NCBI RefSeq assembly: GCF_009914755.1
Contig: NC_060936.1
Length of the DNA stretch: 64,000 nt
Direction: 5' to 3' (one strand)
From: the human T2T-CHM13v2.0 reference genome, Homo sapiens
The notes beneath the pieces are model-generated. The model was not told the DNA's origin, ran no database searches, and saw only the letters and a program-made list of their open reading frames with translations. Made by a program: the position numbers and the translations under genes. This document shows, one piece after another, positions 39,945 through 52,884 of the stretch (position 1 is its first letter; every line of letters begins with the position of its first letter).

Positions 39945-41854
39945 AAGATATTTAATACCTATTTGTTGAATAAACGACTATAGCCCTGGTGGCAATTTGA
40001 AGGATGAAGCTGACACAAGGAGGAGGGCAGAGGCAAGGGACCCTCAGAGAATGCAAGGCCTCAGCTATGTTGACATTATGATTTTTAGGATCAAACCACC
40101 TCTGAAGACTGCGCTGGCCCTACATGCTTCAGTCACATGAAAAACAAATTTTCCTAGGGTTTCAGCCAATATGAGGTAGAGTTCTGCTGGTCACACAGGA
40201 ATGAGTCCTAACCAGCACTCTCTATCTTGAGTCTGTACACTTTTGTCAGCTTGGAACTAGGCTTAGTACCAGGCTTCTTCATATTTCTGTCCCACTGATA
40301 ATACATTAGGTAGAAGTTTTAGTGTAATTCCTTCATCTGTGGTGTTTCAAAAGCAGCAACCTTATTTTAGATATTGACAGCTGAATCTAGTGCTCTCAGG
40401 TATACATTTCAAAATGTAAATTAACTGCCAGTGATGTGGTTTGGAATGCAAAGGATTCCATGCCTAATCCTTATCAAATCACTGACTTAAATTCAATATT
40501 CTGTGACATGCCTGCTCTTCCTTTTGATCATTATTGTCTATTAAGTGCTTATTTAAGCATGTTGCTATTTTGAACATGAAATATAGTGAATTATCTAGAG
40601 AGAAGTGGTAATAATGTTGTGGAATAAAATTTTCGAGAGGGAAGCTTATATTTATTCTCTTGGAAATTCACCTTTTTCCCTCTTCCCTTTTCTCTAGCTA
40701 ACCCTTTCCCTGCTCCCTTCAAGCAAGATCTTCTGTACTAACTTAGGGAAAGTTTATGACAGATTGGAAAACAACAAAAAGGTTCTTGCTGATTTCCCTT
40801 TCTCAGACTAGTGGAGGTCTGGGCATAGGTAAAGTGTTGACAGGAAGCAACACTTGAGGGAGAGCAGGCTCCCTTGATCCTCGAGCAGAGGACATTCTTT
40901 TAGGTTGGTGGAGGAGAAGTGAGCAGAACGGAATTATGCAGTGTCCTAAAGATAGGAGCCCTGTGGTCTGTTTGATAGGTTGGCATTCTGGGGAGGAGGA
41001 CAAGTCCCTAGATTAGATGCCGTAACAGTTTGCAGCACTGAGATCCCTGGGCTCCAGCAGAACGATTCTATGTCTTCTAGAGTAACATGGAAATAGCAGT
41101 GAGCACATCTGGACCTAATGGAGACATTTGGTTCAGTATAACGGTTTGCATGTGCTGATAACTCAGCGTATCCTATCAACCCGATGGGCCCTTGGTGGCT
41201 CAGAACATGAATGTGAGAGCAAGCAACATTAAGAATCACCTACCCCCTTCTCAACGCCTAACCCTTGTATCAGACCCCCACTGAACTTTGGAGAACTGGG
41301 AGCCCAAACTAGTAATTAAATCATTACACAATAATAAAGAAAGTTGCATTTTTCACACCTGTGTTGGTGGCCTGCATTTTATACCTTGTGTAGAATATTT
41401 ATTTTCTTTTCCTCATGACTGAATTTCCATGGAGTTACAAGAGGACATAACTTCTAGGTATATAAAGACTCTTTATAGTTCTGATGGAAGCCCACAAATG
41501 TTTATTGTTGGAAAAGCAGGCTTCAGCCCACCTGGTCATTAAGTAAATGCACAAATCTTGGCCAAGACTAGGTTTTCCATGTTGAGATGTAGAGAGGCGA
41601 TTTTGCTGTCATGAAAGGAGTTTGACTAAAAACAAAAGAAAACAAACTGCTCTAACAGCATTAGACCAGCTAATATTTGCTATTTCTGTATCCCATTAAA
41701 AAATATGCAGATGGAACAGTGTTAGTGAACTTCCTGGTCAGAAGAAAATCCTGTCCAGTCCAATCCAGTGCAAACTAATTTGGAGAGCACATAGTACTTA
41801 ATGAGTAACTCTTGTGCCTCTTGTTGCTGCCAAAAAAAAAAAGGGAATTAGAAT

Positions 41855-42777
41855 TGTACATGAAAAATAAAATTCGAAGCCTCCTAACTGACTGACAGGC
41901 CCTTCCTTTGGGCAAGGGCATTCCAAAGTAAACCTGGAAAAACTAGTTCAGACCATGATAAAAAGTGAGGGTTGGACATGCCTCCCCTCTTTGACCATAC
42001 CCTCCTCCCTTTGGAATTCAAGCACAGTTGAACAGCTTTAACATTAAAATAGAGATCTTAAGACCAACAAAACAGACTTTTTATAGCAATGAGACACCAA
42101 ATTCTAGCCTAACTCTACTACAGCATCACATGACCGATAGCAGGCCCTGAAAGAAGTATTTTAGCCCCATATATATTTCTTTGACATATTTTGAGAGGGC
42201 CCTGCAAAACTGAATAAATGAATATAGCCCTGGCGGCAATTTGAAGGATGAAGCTGACTTGTCTTTTGTGGGGGAAAATCTACATTCTGTAGAGAATCCC
42301 ATTTCCTTTCCAGGCCTTTTCCCAGGTTCAGGAGAGAATTAACTGAGTCTGGCACTTTTTAGGTCTGATAAGAGCTCTGAAGTCTGCCACCTGGAGGCTT
42401 CATCTGCATGATAAAACCTTGGCCTCCACAACCCCTTATCTTTACCTAGACATTTCTTTCTATTGATTCCAGGTCTTTAGATAAAACTCTTTCAACCAGC
42501 TGCCAATCAGAAAATCTTTGAATCCGTCTATGACCTGGAGGCCCTGCTTCCAGTTGTCCCACCTTTCTGGACTGAACCAATGTACATCTTACATGTATGA
42601 ATTGATGTCTTATATCTCTCTAAAACATATAAAACCAAGCTGTAGCCCAACCACCTTGGGTACATGTTCTCAGCATCTCCTGGGGGCTGTGTCACAGGCC
42701 ATTGGTCATTTATATTGGCCATTGCTCAGAATAAATCTCTTCTAATATTTTACTGAGATTGACTCTTTTGGTTGATA
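41855..42777 (+). mobile_element. MER4D-like ERV1 solo LTR
   Basis: tgta..aaaaataaaattc.aagcc...gctcagaataaatctcttc...gttgata; perfect 4-bp TSD gaat/gaat. Confidence 0.9.
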
Positions 42778-43002
42778 GAATTTTAGGATTATTTCACTTT
42801 GGTGTGCTACACCTTTATGTGACAAATTTAGGACTGGTAGAGATCTTCTACATGTATTATCTCTTTAAACCTAGAGTTTCATCATACATTTGATTAAGAT
42901 AAATTGAATTGATTGAACTATTTTAATTTGGTGATTATTATAGGAAATTGGTAAATCCTTCAATTAGCCAAGCCATTACCGATCTGGCTGGTCCTGGCAC
43001 CC

Positions 43003-43708
43003 CTTCTCTAATACTCTGACACCAAGTGGGTGTCAAACAATTCAATTCTGACACCATCTACCTGGAGTTAGTGTCAGAGCCCTCGGTCCCAAACAACCCT
43101 TCCCACTTTAGATGCCAATTGCAAGTCTCCGGTCACTGGTACTTCCAACCAAATGGCTACAAATAGGATATTCAATAACTTACTAGAACAACTCACAGGA
43201 CTCAGGGAAACATTTTATGTATGTTTACTGGTTTATTATAAAGAATGTAACTCAGGAACAGCCAAACAGAAGCAATGCATAGGGCAAGGTGTGGGGTGGG
43301 TTGGGTGGCTCAGCGCTTCCACGCTCTCATCAGGCGCACCATCTTCCCAGAACATCAGTGTGTTCACCAGCTTGGAAGGTGTTCAGACTTTTTGCTTGAA
43401 AGTTTTCCCGGAGGTCTCCTTACTTATGCATGATTGATTAAATCACTGCCATTGGTGATTGAACTCAATCTCCTGCCTCTTTTCCCTCCCCAGAGGTGGG
43501 GAGAGGGGTGCAAGTTCCAACTCCATAATGATGGCTGGGTTTTTCTGGTGACTATCCCCCACCCTGAAGCTTTCCAGGGGCCCAGCCAGGAGTCACCTCA
43601 TTAGCATACAAAAGACACTCTTATCACTTAGGAGATTCAAAGGGTTTTATGAGCTCTGTGCCAGGAACTGGGGACAAAGGCCAAATATTTATTTTTTATT
43701 ATATCACA
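43003..43708. mobile_element. MER21-family LTR
   Basis: caattcaattctgacaccatctacctggagttagtgtcag...cacctcattagcataca...tgtgccaggaactggggacaaag...tatcaca. Confidence 0.85.
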
Positions 43709-43939
43709 CCGGTTTTTTCATCTAGTTTACAATAGCCAGTGTTCATCCTTCATCCCCAAGGGGTTTCCTTTTTGGTTTTTGTATTACTGTTCAATTTCTC
43801 AGGATTTGTAAACTGCTCATGTCTCTGGCCAGAGTCTGCTTATCTTGCCTCATTTGAAACCCATGGTTCACATGCAGAGCACAAGCAGGATTCACGCTGA
43901 CCAGGAAACCTGATTGCCTTTGTATCCCATTGCCATCTC

Positions 43940-46050
43940 TCTCTCTACACCTGCATGTTTTCCAATGTATTGCTGCTCACCTCCATTTCCCTCACTCCCT
44001 ACTTAAGGCACCCAGTGTAATGGGTTCGATATATGCACTTAGATATGTATGTACCCTGAAAAATAATTGTATTTATTTCTGTGAATGTTTTCAAATGTAC
44101 AGTTGACCCTTGAACAACACAGATTTGAACTACAGGCCCACCTATATGCGGATTTTCTCCCAGCTTTTCCACTCTTGAGACAAGACCAGCCCCTCCTGTG
44201 CCTCTTCTTCCTCAGCCTACTCAACCCAAAGAGAATGAGAATGAAGACTATTATAATGATCCACTGCCACTTAATGAATATTAAATATATTTTTCTTATG
44301 ATTTTCTTAATAGCATTTTATTTTCTGTAGCTTACTTTATTATAAGAACACTGTATCTAATACATGTAACACACAAAATACATGCTAATTGTTATCAATA
44401 AGGCTTCTGGTCAACAGTAGGCTATTGGTAGTTAAGTTTTTGGTGAGTCAAAAGTTACATGCAGATTTTCGACTATGCTGGACCAGCACTTCCAACCTCT
44501 GCATCATTCAAGGGTCAACTGTACTTAAATACTCTAGTACTATAGAGCTGCTTTTATTTCTTGCATGTGTGAACAATATATGTTTATTATCAGTTCATAT
44601 TACTGTATGCATTTCTAGTTTCATGATATTCATCCACCAAATGTCACTGTGGACATCTGAGTGGTATCTTAACAATGCACTTGCACAAAGAGGCTGCATT
44701 CTTGTACATATACCTTTGTGGAAATATGCCTGGGTTTTCTTGGGCCTATATGTATTCAGTAATAGGATTTCTAGATCTTAGAATACGCATACTTACTTTC
44801 AGAAAATATTGCCAAATTCCTTTCCAGAATGACTTTGCCAAGCTACAGTCCCAGCAGCAGCACATGCAGGTTCCTTTTTCCCCAAAAGTCTGCTTCCATT
44901 TAGCAATTTCTGACTTTCTCTTTTTTTTCAGCAATTTGAAGGGTATAAAGTGTTATAAAAGTAAACCATTGTTTTAATTTGTGTAATTTATGTGGGGTTT
45001 TTAAAAATTCCAGAAACATCAAGTATTATTAACTATTTGGTTTCTCTCCTGTGAATTATCAACACTTCATTTCCTCTGCCTATTTTTTCTACTGGGTTTC
45101 TTGTATTTTTCTTGTTGCTTGCTCAAGTTCCTTAGGTGTTCTAAATAGAATTTCCTCATTGATTTTGACATTGCAAATATCTTCTCCTAATCTGTCACTT
45201 TTTTAAGCTTTGTCTAAGATAAGCTCCTTTGAACTTAAATTCAAGTTTAAAAATATATTTCTAGTGCCACTTTTGGCATCTTATACATTCCCAGAAATTC
45301 CCTTTTGTCAGTTTTCTGAATTCATTATTTTGTTGTTGTATTTTAAAAAATCTATTGTGTTTGTGTTATTTCCCCCTTTCATCCTGCATTTTGCTTTTTT
45401 TTTAACAGTTTTATCAGAAATGTATCTTATTAATCCTGTCAAACAATCAGCTTTTGATTTTATTAAACTTTACTTTTTAATTTTTAATTTTTGTGAATAC
45501 ATAGTATATATATTTATGAGGAACTTCACTATTTTTTAAAATGATCTATTTCACTGATTTTTATCTTTATTATTTCCTTTCTATATGAGTCTGTTTACTT
45601 GTTATTCTTTTTCTGGTTTTATTTTGAGTTGAATGCTTTGCTAATTTGTTTTCATGGTTTCTGATAAATGCATTTAAGGCTGTAACTTTTCTTTGAAGTA
45701 CTACTTTAATTGCATACCAAATGTTTGATGTTTTATTACTATTTCATTCAAAATATTTTATAATCCTTCTTGTAATTAATTTTTCTGTAAATGTAATGAT
45801 TGTTCAGCAGCATAATATTTTGTTTTTGGATGTATGAGATTTAAAAATCTGCCATTTGGGGTTGATTTTAAGTTTTACTGCATCATGATCAGAAAACATA
45901 CCCTCCACGATGTTGATTCTGTGCAATTTGTTGGGACTTCCTTTGTGACCTGGTACATTTAATTTTGTAAATATTCGTGTGTGTTTTAAAAGAGTGGCAT
46001 TATTTTGAGGTTATAAAGATTTATATATATCAATAAATTATGAATTAATG
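43940..46050 (-). mobile_element. Old L1ME-like fragments
   Basis: aaatattgccaaattcctttccagaatg..ccagcagcagc; gataaatgcatttaaggctgtaacttt; gatcagaaaacatac. Confidence 0.6.
44100..44521. mobile_element. Tigger2a (MER28) DNA transposon
   Basis: Perfect TIRs cagttgacccttgaa / ttcaagggtcaactg with TA duplication on both sides. Confidence 0.93.
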
Positions 46051-46053
46051 GTA

Positions 46054-46368
<315 letters not shown>

Positions 46369-46499
46369 TTATTTGGCTCTTCCATACAATTGCTTATTTT
46401 GGAGTCACCTTTTAGTTCCTAAAAGGGGCATCTTAAAATCATTGAGTACAAAGTTTGATATTTACTTCTCAGATTCCTGGGTGGTTTATACATTGCTAG

Positions 46500-46872
<373 letters not shown>

Positions 46873-47739
46873 TCATTTTATCTTAATTGTTATATTTTGC
46901 GTAGTCTGTCCAGCTAGTTCTTCTTTATGTCTTCTAGTTTTAGCTTTGATTTGTAAATCTTTCCTTATCTCCTCAAGACTATTTATTAAGATTATTTAAA
47001 TTCTTCTTCAGCCTGGTCCATTCCTTTTTCTTTCTTTTGCATGGGTTGTCTACTTCGTTCCTTGTCTTTCTTAGCTGTTATTCCTCTAAGACAGACCCAC
47101 AATTTTCTCTGGAGCCCATACTCCTTAGAGGTGTTCCCCTCTTCTTCTGGCTAAAGCCTAGCGTGAGTTTATGTACCTGCCGTGGGTTCGGGCAGAATTT
47201 CCTCAAGATTGAGAGCCTACACCCTGGCATTTTTTTTTTCTTAAGAGTTGTCTTGCTCAGCTGTAATCACCTTGCCCCCTTTGGTTGAGGAGGAGAAATC
47301 TCAGGGCCTGGTGAATCTGTTGGTCACTGCTCCTACTTGGTTGCTTACATGTCCAGTGCTGCTGGGCTGGCTGCTATTCCTGATCCTTTCAAAATTCATT
47401 TGTGACTGGACAGGCAATGGCCCAGTCACGACATGTGGTTTCAAACAGTGGGTACTCCTAGAAGCCTCTTGCGCTCCTGGGCTCCTGGTTAGCAGTGCCA
47501 AACTCTTCTAGGTTTGTTTTTTCCTCCTGGGTTGTTATTTCCTCTCCAGCCTCAAGCTGGTCACTTTCTGATGGCATCTCCAGGACTGGATTGGGGGAAG
47601 GGGTAGATGGGAAGACAGCCAGTTACTTATGCTAGTGTCATTTTTACTGTGAAGAAAGACGTTTTCAATCTCCTCAACAACTTCACACTTTTCCCACCAA
47701 GGTGCCTTTCAAAATGTCACAACACGTTGTAGTGTTTCT

Positions 47740-48286
47740 TGTCTCAAGTGATTAGCAAATATCTGGCCTGGTGGCACAGGCAGTAAAAGAATTTTTCAAG
47801 ACAGTTCTTCTTGGAAAAGAACTTTTTGTTCTTTCTCTAATAAATCTGCCTTTCTTCATTTACTGTCTTGGAACTCTTACCATTCTTTCTTTACTTACTG
47901 TTACAAGACAGTAAGGAAAGAAAGGCAGATTTATTAGAGAAAGTAGGAAAATACCTTGCAAGGAAGCAACAGGAAGGTTAGCAAGAGAGGAGCTAACTGC
48001 AAAGAGACAGGTGCTTGCTGGGGATTTTATAGGATGGTTCTCGTGCTGTTTGCTGAAGACGGCTTTGTGCAGTACTCATAATGCCAAGGTTGCGGTGAAC
48101 TAACTTGCGTTTTCCTATCAGCCGAGGGACTGCTAATAGCTGGGTGCAGGAAGATTGTGAGTTATATGCGCAGGAGGGCTATGTGTTCTGGATCATGAAG
48201 AAAGGCAGACTTACAGCTTAGCTGCTTTCTTTTTGCCTTCCTCAGTCCTGCCAGCCGAACTCCCCTTCCCTAATTAAGACTCCACA
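47740..48286 (-). mobile_element. MER83/MER84-like ERV1 solo LTR with an internal inverted duplication
   Basis: Minus strand starts tgtggagtcttaattagggaag, with TATA cctataaaa and AATAAA; TSD tttct (47735-47739 / 48287-48291). Confidence 0.85.
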
Positions 48287-48573
48287 TTTCTTTTTACTGT
48301 TTTCCTGCAAATATATAAATAGCCTAGCTCAATTCCTGATATCGGAGTAGGTGTACAATACAATTATTCCATTATTATTATTTTAATGTTACTATTTATA
48401 GTCACTCAAGATAAATATATATAGTTATAGTAACAGTTGCACTTGATTATGTGACTGGGAGATAAAAAGTATGTATATACAAACTTGCTCCTAAATTCGA
48501 CATATGACTGTTCTGTGTATATGAAAATAAGTCAACAGGACCTGCAATCTGAATTATTTTGTAATATTAATGA

Positions 48574-48870
<297 letters not shown>

Positions 48871-49049
48871 TAATAAACTCCAGGCTGTATTAATGGAATC
48901 AGTCAAAGACATTTAGCTTAGATGTGGGTTGAAGCCTAAAGTTAGTTGTCAATAATATTGTAGGGGATTTAAGAGTTTCTAAACTTTACAATTTTTGTAT
49001 GGTAAAAAAAATTTTTTTTCTTTTAAAATGGGAAGGGGTGTAGAGGAAG

Positions 49050-49280
49050 AGAGTTAATGTTCAAGGAACACCTGCTTGGTGCCTAGTATTCTGCTTGATG
49101 TTTTTTATATGTGCTCCCATTTAGTTGTCATAACGCATATAAGCCAACTATTATAATTTCCATTTTTAAAATGAGGAAGTTGGAGCTTCAGGAGGTTCCA
49201 TAATTTGCTCATTTACAAAGCTAAGTGCCGGAGCTATGATTTCAGTGTAGATCTGTCTGCCTTTTGTGTTCATACTCTAT
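49050..49280 (-). mobile_element. MIR
   Basis: ctattataatttccatttttaaaatgaggaagttggagcttcaggaggttccataatttgctc. Confidence 0.7.
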
Positions 49281-49282
49281 AC

Positions 49283-49450
49283 CAGTGCTTCTCAAATTTT
49301 AATGTGTATGTGAATCACAAGCTAGGGATCTTGTTAAAATGCAGATTCTAAGTTTGTAGTCTGAGGGTGGACTAGGATTCTATATTTCTAACATCCTACC
49401 AGGTGATACTAGTACTGCTGCTCTATGGACTACACTTTGAATATAAAAGA
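49283..49450. mobile_element. MER5A (hAT-Charlie)
   Basis: cagtgcttctcaaatttt...gatcttgttaaaatgcagattct...tttctaaca..ccaggtgat...cacactttga. Confidence 0.85.
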
Positions 49451-49860
49451 TCTATATCCTGTAGTGACACAATACATATTTAGTTAAAAAAACATTTTAT
49501 CTGATTTCCTACTAGCCATTTGGATAGTTGGGTAGGGCTGCAGTACCAGTGTTGGGGACCACCACGGTTTCCGTTTCACTGCTAACTACAGATGCACTTC
49601 CACCACGACACCTGTGAGGTGGTTTTATCTTTTCATTACTCTTCTTAGTTCTAAGTAGCTTTTAATACAATGCTCAAGAGCCATTTTCTAATAGGTTTTG
49701 TGTGCTGCTCTCCTGTCCCATTTAGTACCCTTTAATATTTAGTTTAAAGAATATTTAGTCTGTGTATGGGACCAAAATATGAACATGTCTAGATTTGTTT
49801 CTGTTTCATGTATTTATACATTAGCAGAAGCTGAAGCTTCTTTAACTTCTGTTTATACCT

Positions 49861-50219
49861 TGCTATGGTCTGGATGTGTCCCCCCAAAATTCATATGTGA
49901 AACCTAATCATCAATGTGATGGTGTGAGGAGGTGGGGTCTTTGGGAGGTAATTAGGTCATAAGGATAGAGCCCTCATGAGTAGGATTGGTGCCCTTATAC
50001 AAGAGGCCCCAGAGAGCTGCCTTGCTCCTTTCCCCATGTGAGGACACAGCAAGAAGGTGCCATCTATGAACAGAAAACAGGCCCTCACCAGACGTTGAAT
50101 CTCCTGGCCCCTTGATCTTGAACTTCCCAGCCTTCAGAACTGTGATAAGTAAGTATTTGTTGTTTATAAGCCACCCTGTTTATAGTGGTTTGTTATAGCA
50201 GCCCTCACGAGCTAGGACA
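49861..50219 (+). mobile_element. MLT1A0-like solo LTR
   Basis: tgctatggtctggatgtgtcccccc...ccatgtgaggacacagcaagaagg...gctaggaca; TSD tacct/tactt. Confidence 0.92.
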
Positions 50220-51084
50220 TACTTCCTCCATGCAACTCAGCTAGGATAGTAGTGTTATTGGCCACTAACTCAGTCTTTATTCTACCAGGTTCATTTCTAA
50301 TGGGAAGCTTCTTATGTTTTGTGTACATTATAATCACATATCAAAAAACGCCTATTTGTTTATTGATTTAGTAGCCATGTAGTTTCTATCTATTCATACT
50401 TTCCTGGAAGTGTTGGAAATGTCACTTCATGAAGGATAGAGTGTCTTGAAGATATGCTACTTATGACTTGGTACAGCTGTTGTGCTCTTCAATTAACATT
50501 TGGAAACATTTAAAGAATTAAAAAGCTTTCTGGAGCCATGTTCCCAAATGACAGAGAAAATATAGAAATTTCTGTGATGCATTTTCTAAGAAGGGGAATG
50601 ATCAGAACATGGTCAGGGTGACCAAATTTCAGGACACCGTCATGTACAAAGCCACAAATGGGAGCATTGAAACCTCTAGTCACATCTCAAGTTTGGAACC
50701 AAGCATCACTATTTTGCTGAGGAGGTATTGAGCTGGGCTTTAAGTTACTCTAGGGGGCTGAAAAAAGCAAAACAACCCTTCTAAATATTTACCAAATGGA
50801 AAATAAGGAAAATCCATTCTTAAGGGAAAAAGAAGTATAGTTGGTTCAGCTTTTTTTGAAAATGTAGGGGCACAATAGTCTATGTTTTCTTTTAATAGTC
50901 AAAAAATTCTGTTAGGAATTATGAAAAAAATTGCCTTCTTAATCTTTATTGGATTTTTAAAAATTAAAACGTTTAAATGTTTACAGCAACTCAGAAATTT
51001 ATCAAGAAACTTATCTTTTCCTACTCTTTGTTTATTCTGCACCTTACCCACTGTGGGGAAAGCAAGTTTAAAATAATAATTTAT

Positions 51085-51950
51085 TTTAATTTAATTTAAC
51101 TTATTAATGTTTGGAATAGGAGATACAATCACATGGTTAAAATTTTTAAAGGTATAGTGTTTGGATATCAAAACACCAAGTTGTACACCTTAAATATATA
51201 CAATTTTTATTTGTCAATTTTACCTCAGTAAAGCTGGAAAAACAATTCATATAGTACAGGGGATAGATGCATCTCCCTTCCACCTCTGTTCCCCAAATAA
51301 CAGCTTCCTTTCCCTAAGGCCAATGCATGTTGGCACTTTCTTATATATCTTTCAAATGTATTTTATTCATCTATGAGTGCGTATTTTATTATCCCCCTAA
51401 CCTTTTATACATATTGTATTATAGAATACAGCATTCACTGTCTTGTACCTTGCATATTTTACTTAATAATAGATGTCAGAATCTGTACAATCTCAGTATG
51501 TAAAGAGTTTCTCATTGCTTCTGTGGTGTGCAGTGTTCCATTACACAGCTGAACCATGATTTGTGAACAGTACCTTACTGACGGACATTTACATTGATTC
51601 ACATATTTTGCTATTAAAACCAGTGCTGCAATAAATAACTTTGTAAACAGGTCATTTTGTACTTGTGTAAGTAAATCTGTGGGATAAATTCTTAGGAGTG
51701 GATGACTGGATCAAATGGTACATGCATTTTATGTTTGATAAATGCTGCAAAGTTGCCCTCCCCTGGAGTCATATCAATTATATACTCCTACCATTTCATA
51801 AGAGTGATTTCCACCCCCCCACAACTTTGCCACTACTTTATGGTTAAAGTTAATCTTGCTATGTGCTTTTAATTTGCCCTTTTCTTTTTATGATTGAGGA
51901 GGAGCATTTGTTTAGATATTTAAGAGCCATATTTATTAATATTTCCTTTT
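51085..51950 (-). mobile_element. L1ME-like 3' region (with a short opposite-strand L1 3' end at ~51165-51245)
   Basis: tttgctattaaaaccagtgctgcaataaataac...ggataaattcttaggagtgga..gctgcaaagttgccct. Confidence 0.65.
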
Positions 51951-52479
51951 TGTTGAATCGTTTATACATGAAAGATGTTAACACTAGTTGAGCAGAAGTC
52001 TTTGGGGTCATAGAACTGGATCTTTATTAGGATAATTTCTATAATTTTCCAGAAGGAGAAATTCTTCCTGGTTCTTGCTGTGTGTATCTTCTATATTTTA
52101 TTATATCTTTTTTTTTTTTGCTTATCAAAAGTGGTTTTGGGTTAGATCAAGATCTTATAGGAAAGAATGAATGCCTTTATTCTAAGAGTGCTGATGATTA
52201 CACAAGTGTCTGCTGTTGTCACTTAGGATGGTGAGGGTTGTGGAGAGAGGTGGTTTGACATTCAGAGGAAAAATGGCTAAATAAAACTCATGCGTCTCTT
52301 GTTTCAGTTACCTTAGGCCCTGGGTTGCAGGCAGCTTATCAGAGTCACTGGGATTTAGTTATGAGTAATACATCAAATGGACAAATTCCACTAAAATTTT
52401 ATTCCAGTAGCCAGGTATGTATGTTAACTTTTTTGTGGCAGTTATTTCCACGCTTATGATTGGCTTCAAAATAAAACCA

Positions 52480-52880
52480 GCTGGAGGTGGAATCTTGCCC
52501 TGCTACTCATTCACTGTGTGACCTTGAACTGTTAGTTTCTCTGAGCTTTATTTACCTCGCCTATAAAATGAAAAGACTAATACACACTTAGCAGGGCTTC
52601 TGTGAGAAGGAAAGGAGGTGACGTACTCCAAGCACTCACTACAGCCTTAAATACGAAACGCCTGCCCTTGTGATTATATGCTAAGGTACCCAGACTTAAC
52701 CTCACAAGCTGTGTGTCCTTGGGCAACTTCCTCAGCCTTGCCACGCCTCAGTTTCCTCCTCATAAAATGGGGATAATAACTGTACTTCATCAGGTTGATA
52801 TGTAAAGTGTGTAGCACAGCGCCAGACACATAAGTGCTCAATAAATGGTAGCTATTTGTTTTTATTATTGTCATTATCAT
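52480..52880 (+). mobile_element. Two tandem MIRs
   Basis: ctgtgtgaccttgaac...ctataaaatg; ctgtgtgtccttgggcaacttcct...cctcagtttcctcctcataaaatggggataataa...taagtgctcaataaatggtagctat. Confidence 0.85.
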
Positions 52881-52884
52881 TCTC

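Larger units (their letters stand above)
38400..39978 (+). mobile_element. L2 3' region interrupted by two MaLR LTRs
   Basis: ccttttaaaacatgtcagat, ttgcagtggctgttcctactgcttgg, agaacaatgcctgacata..., terminal tatttgttgaataaa. Confidence 0.75.

Noticed and set aside
52333-52344. agcttatcaga, identical to part of mature miR-21
   Set aside because: Only 11 nt match and no hairpin context
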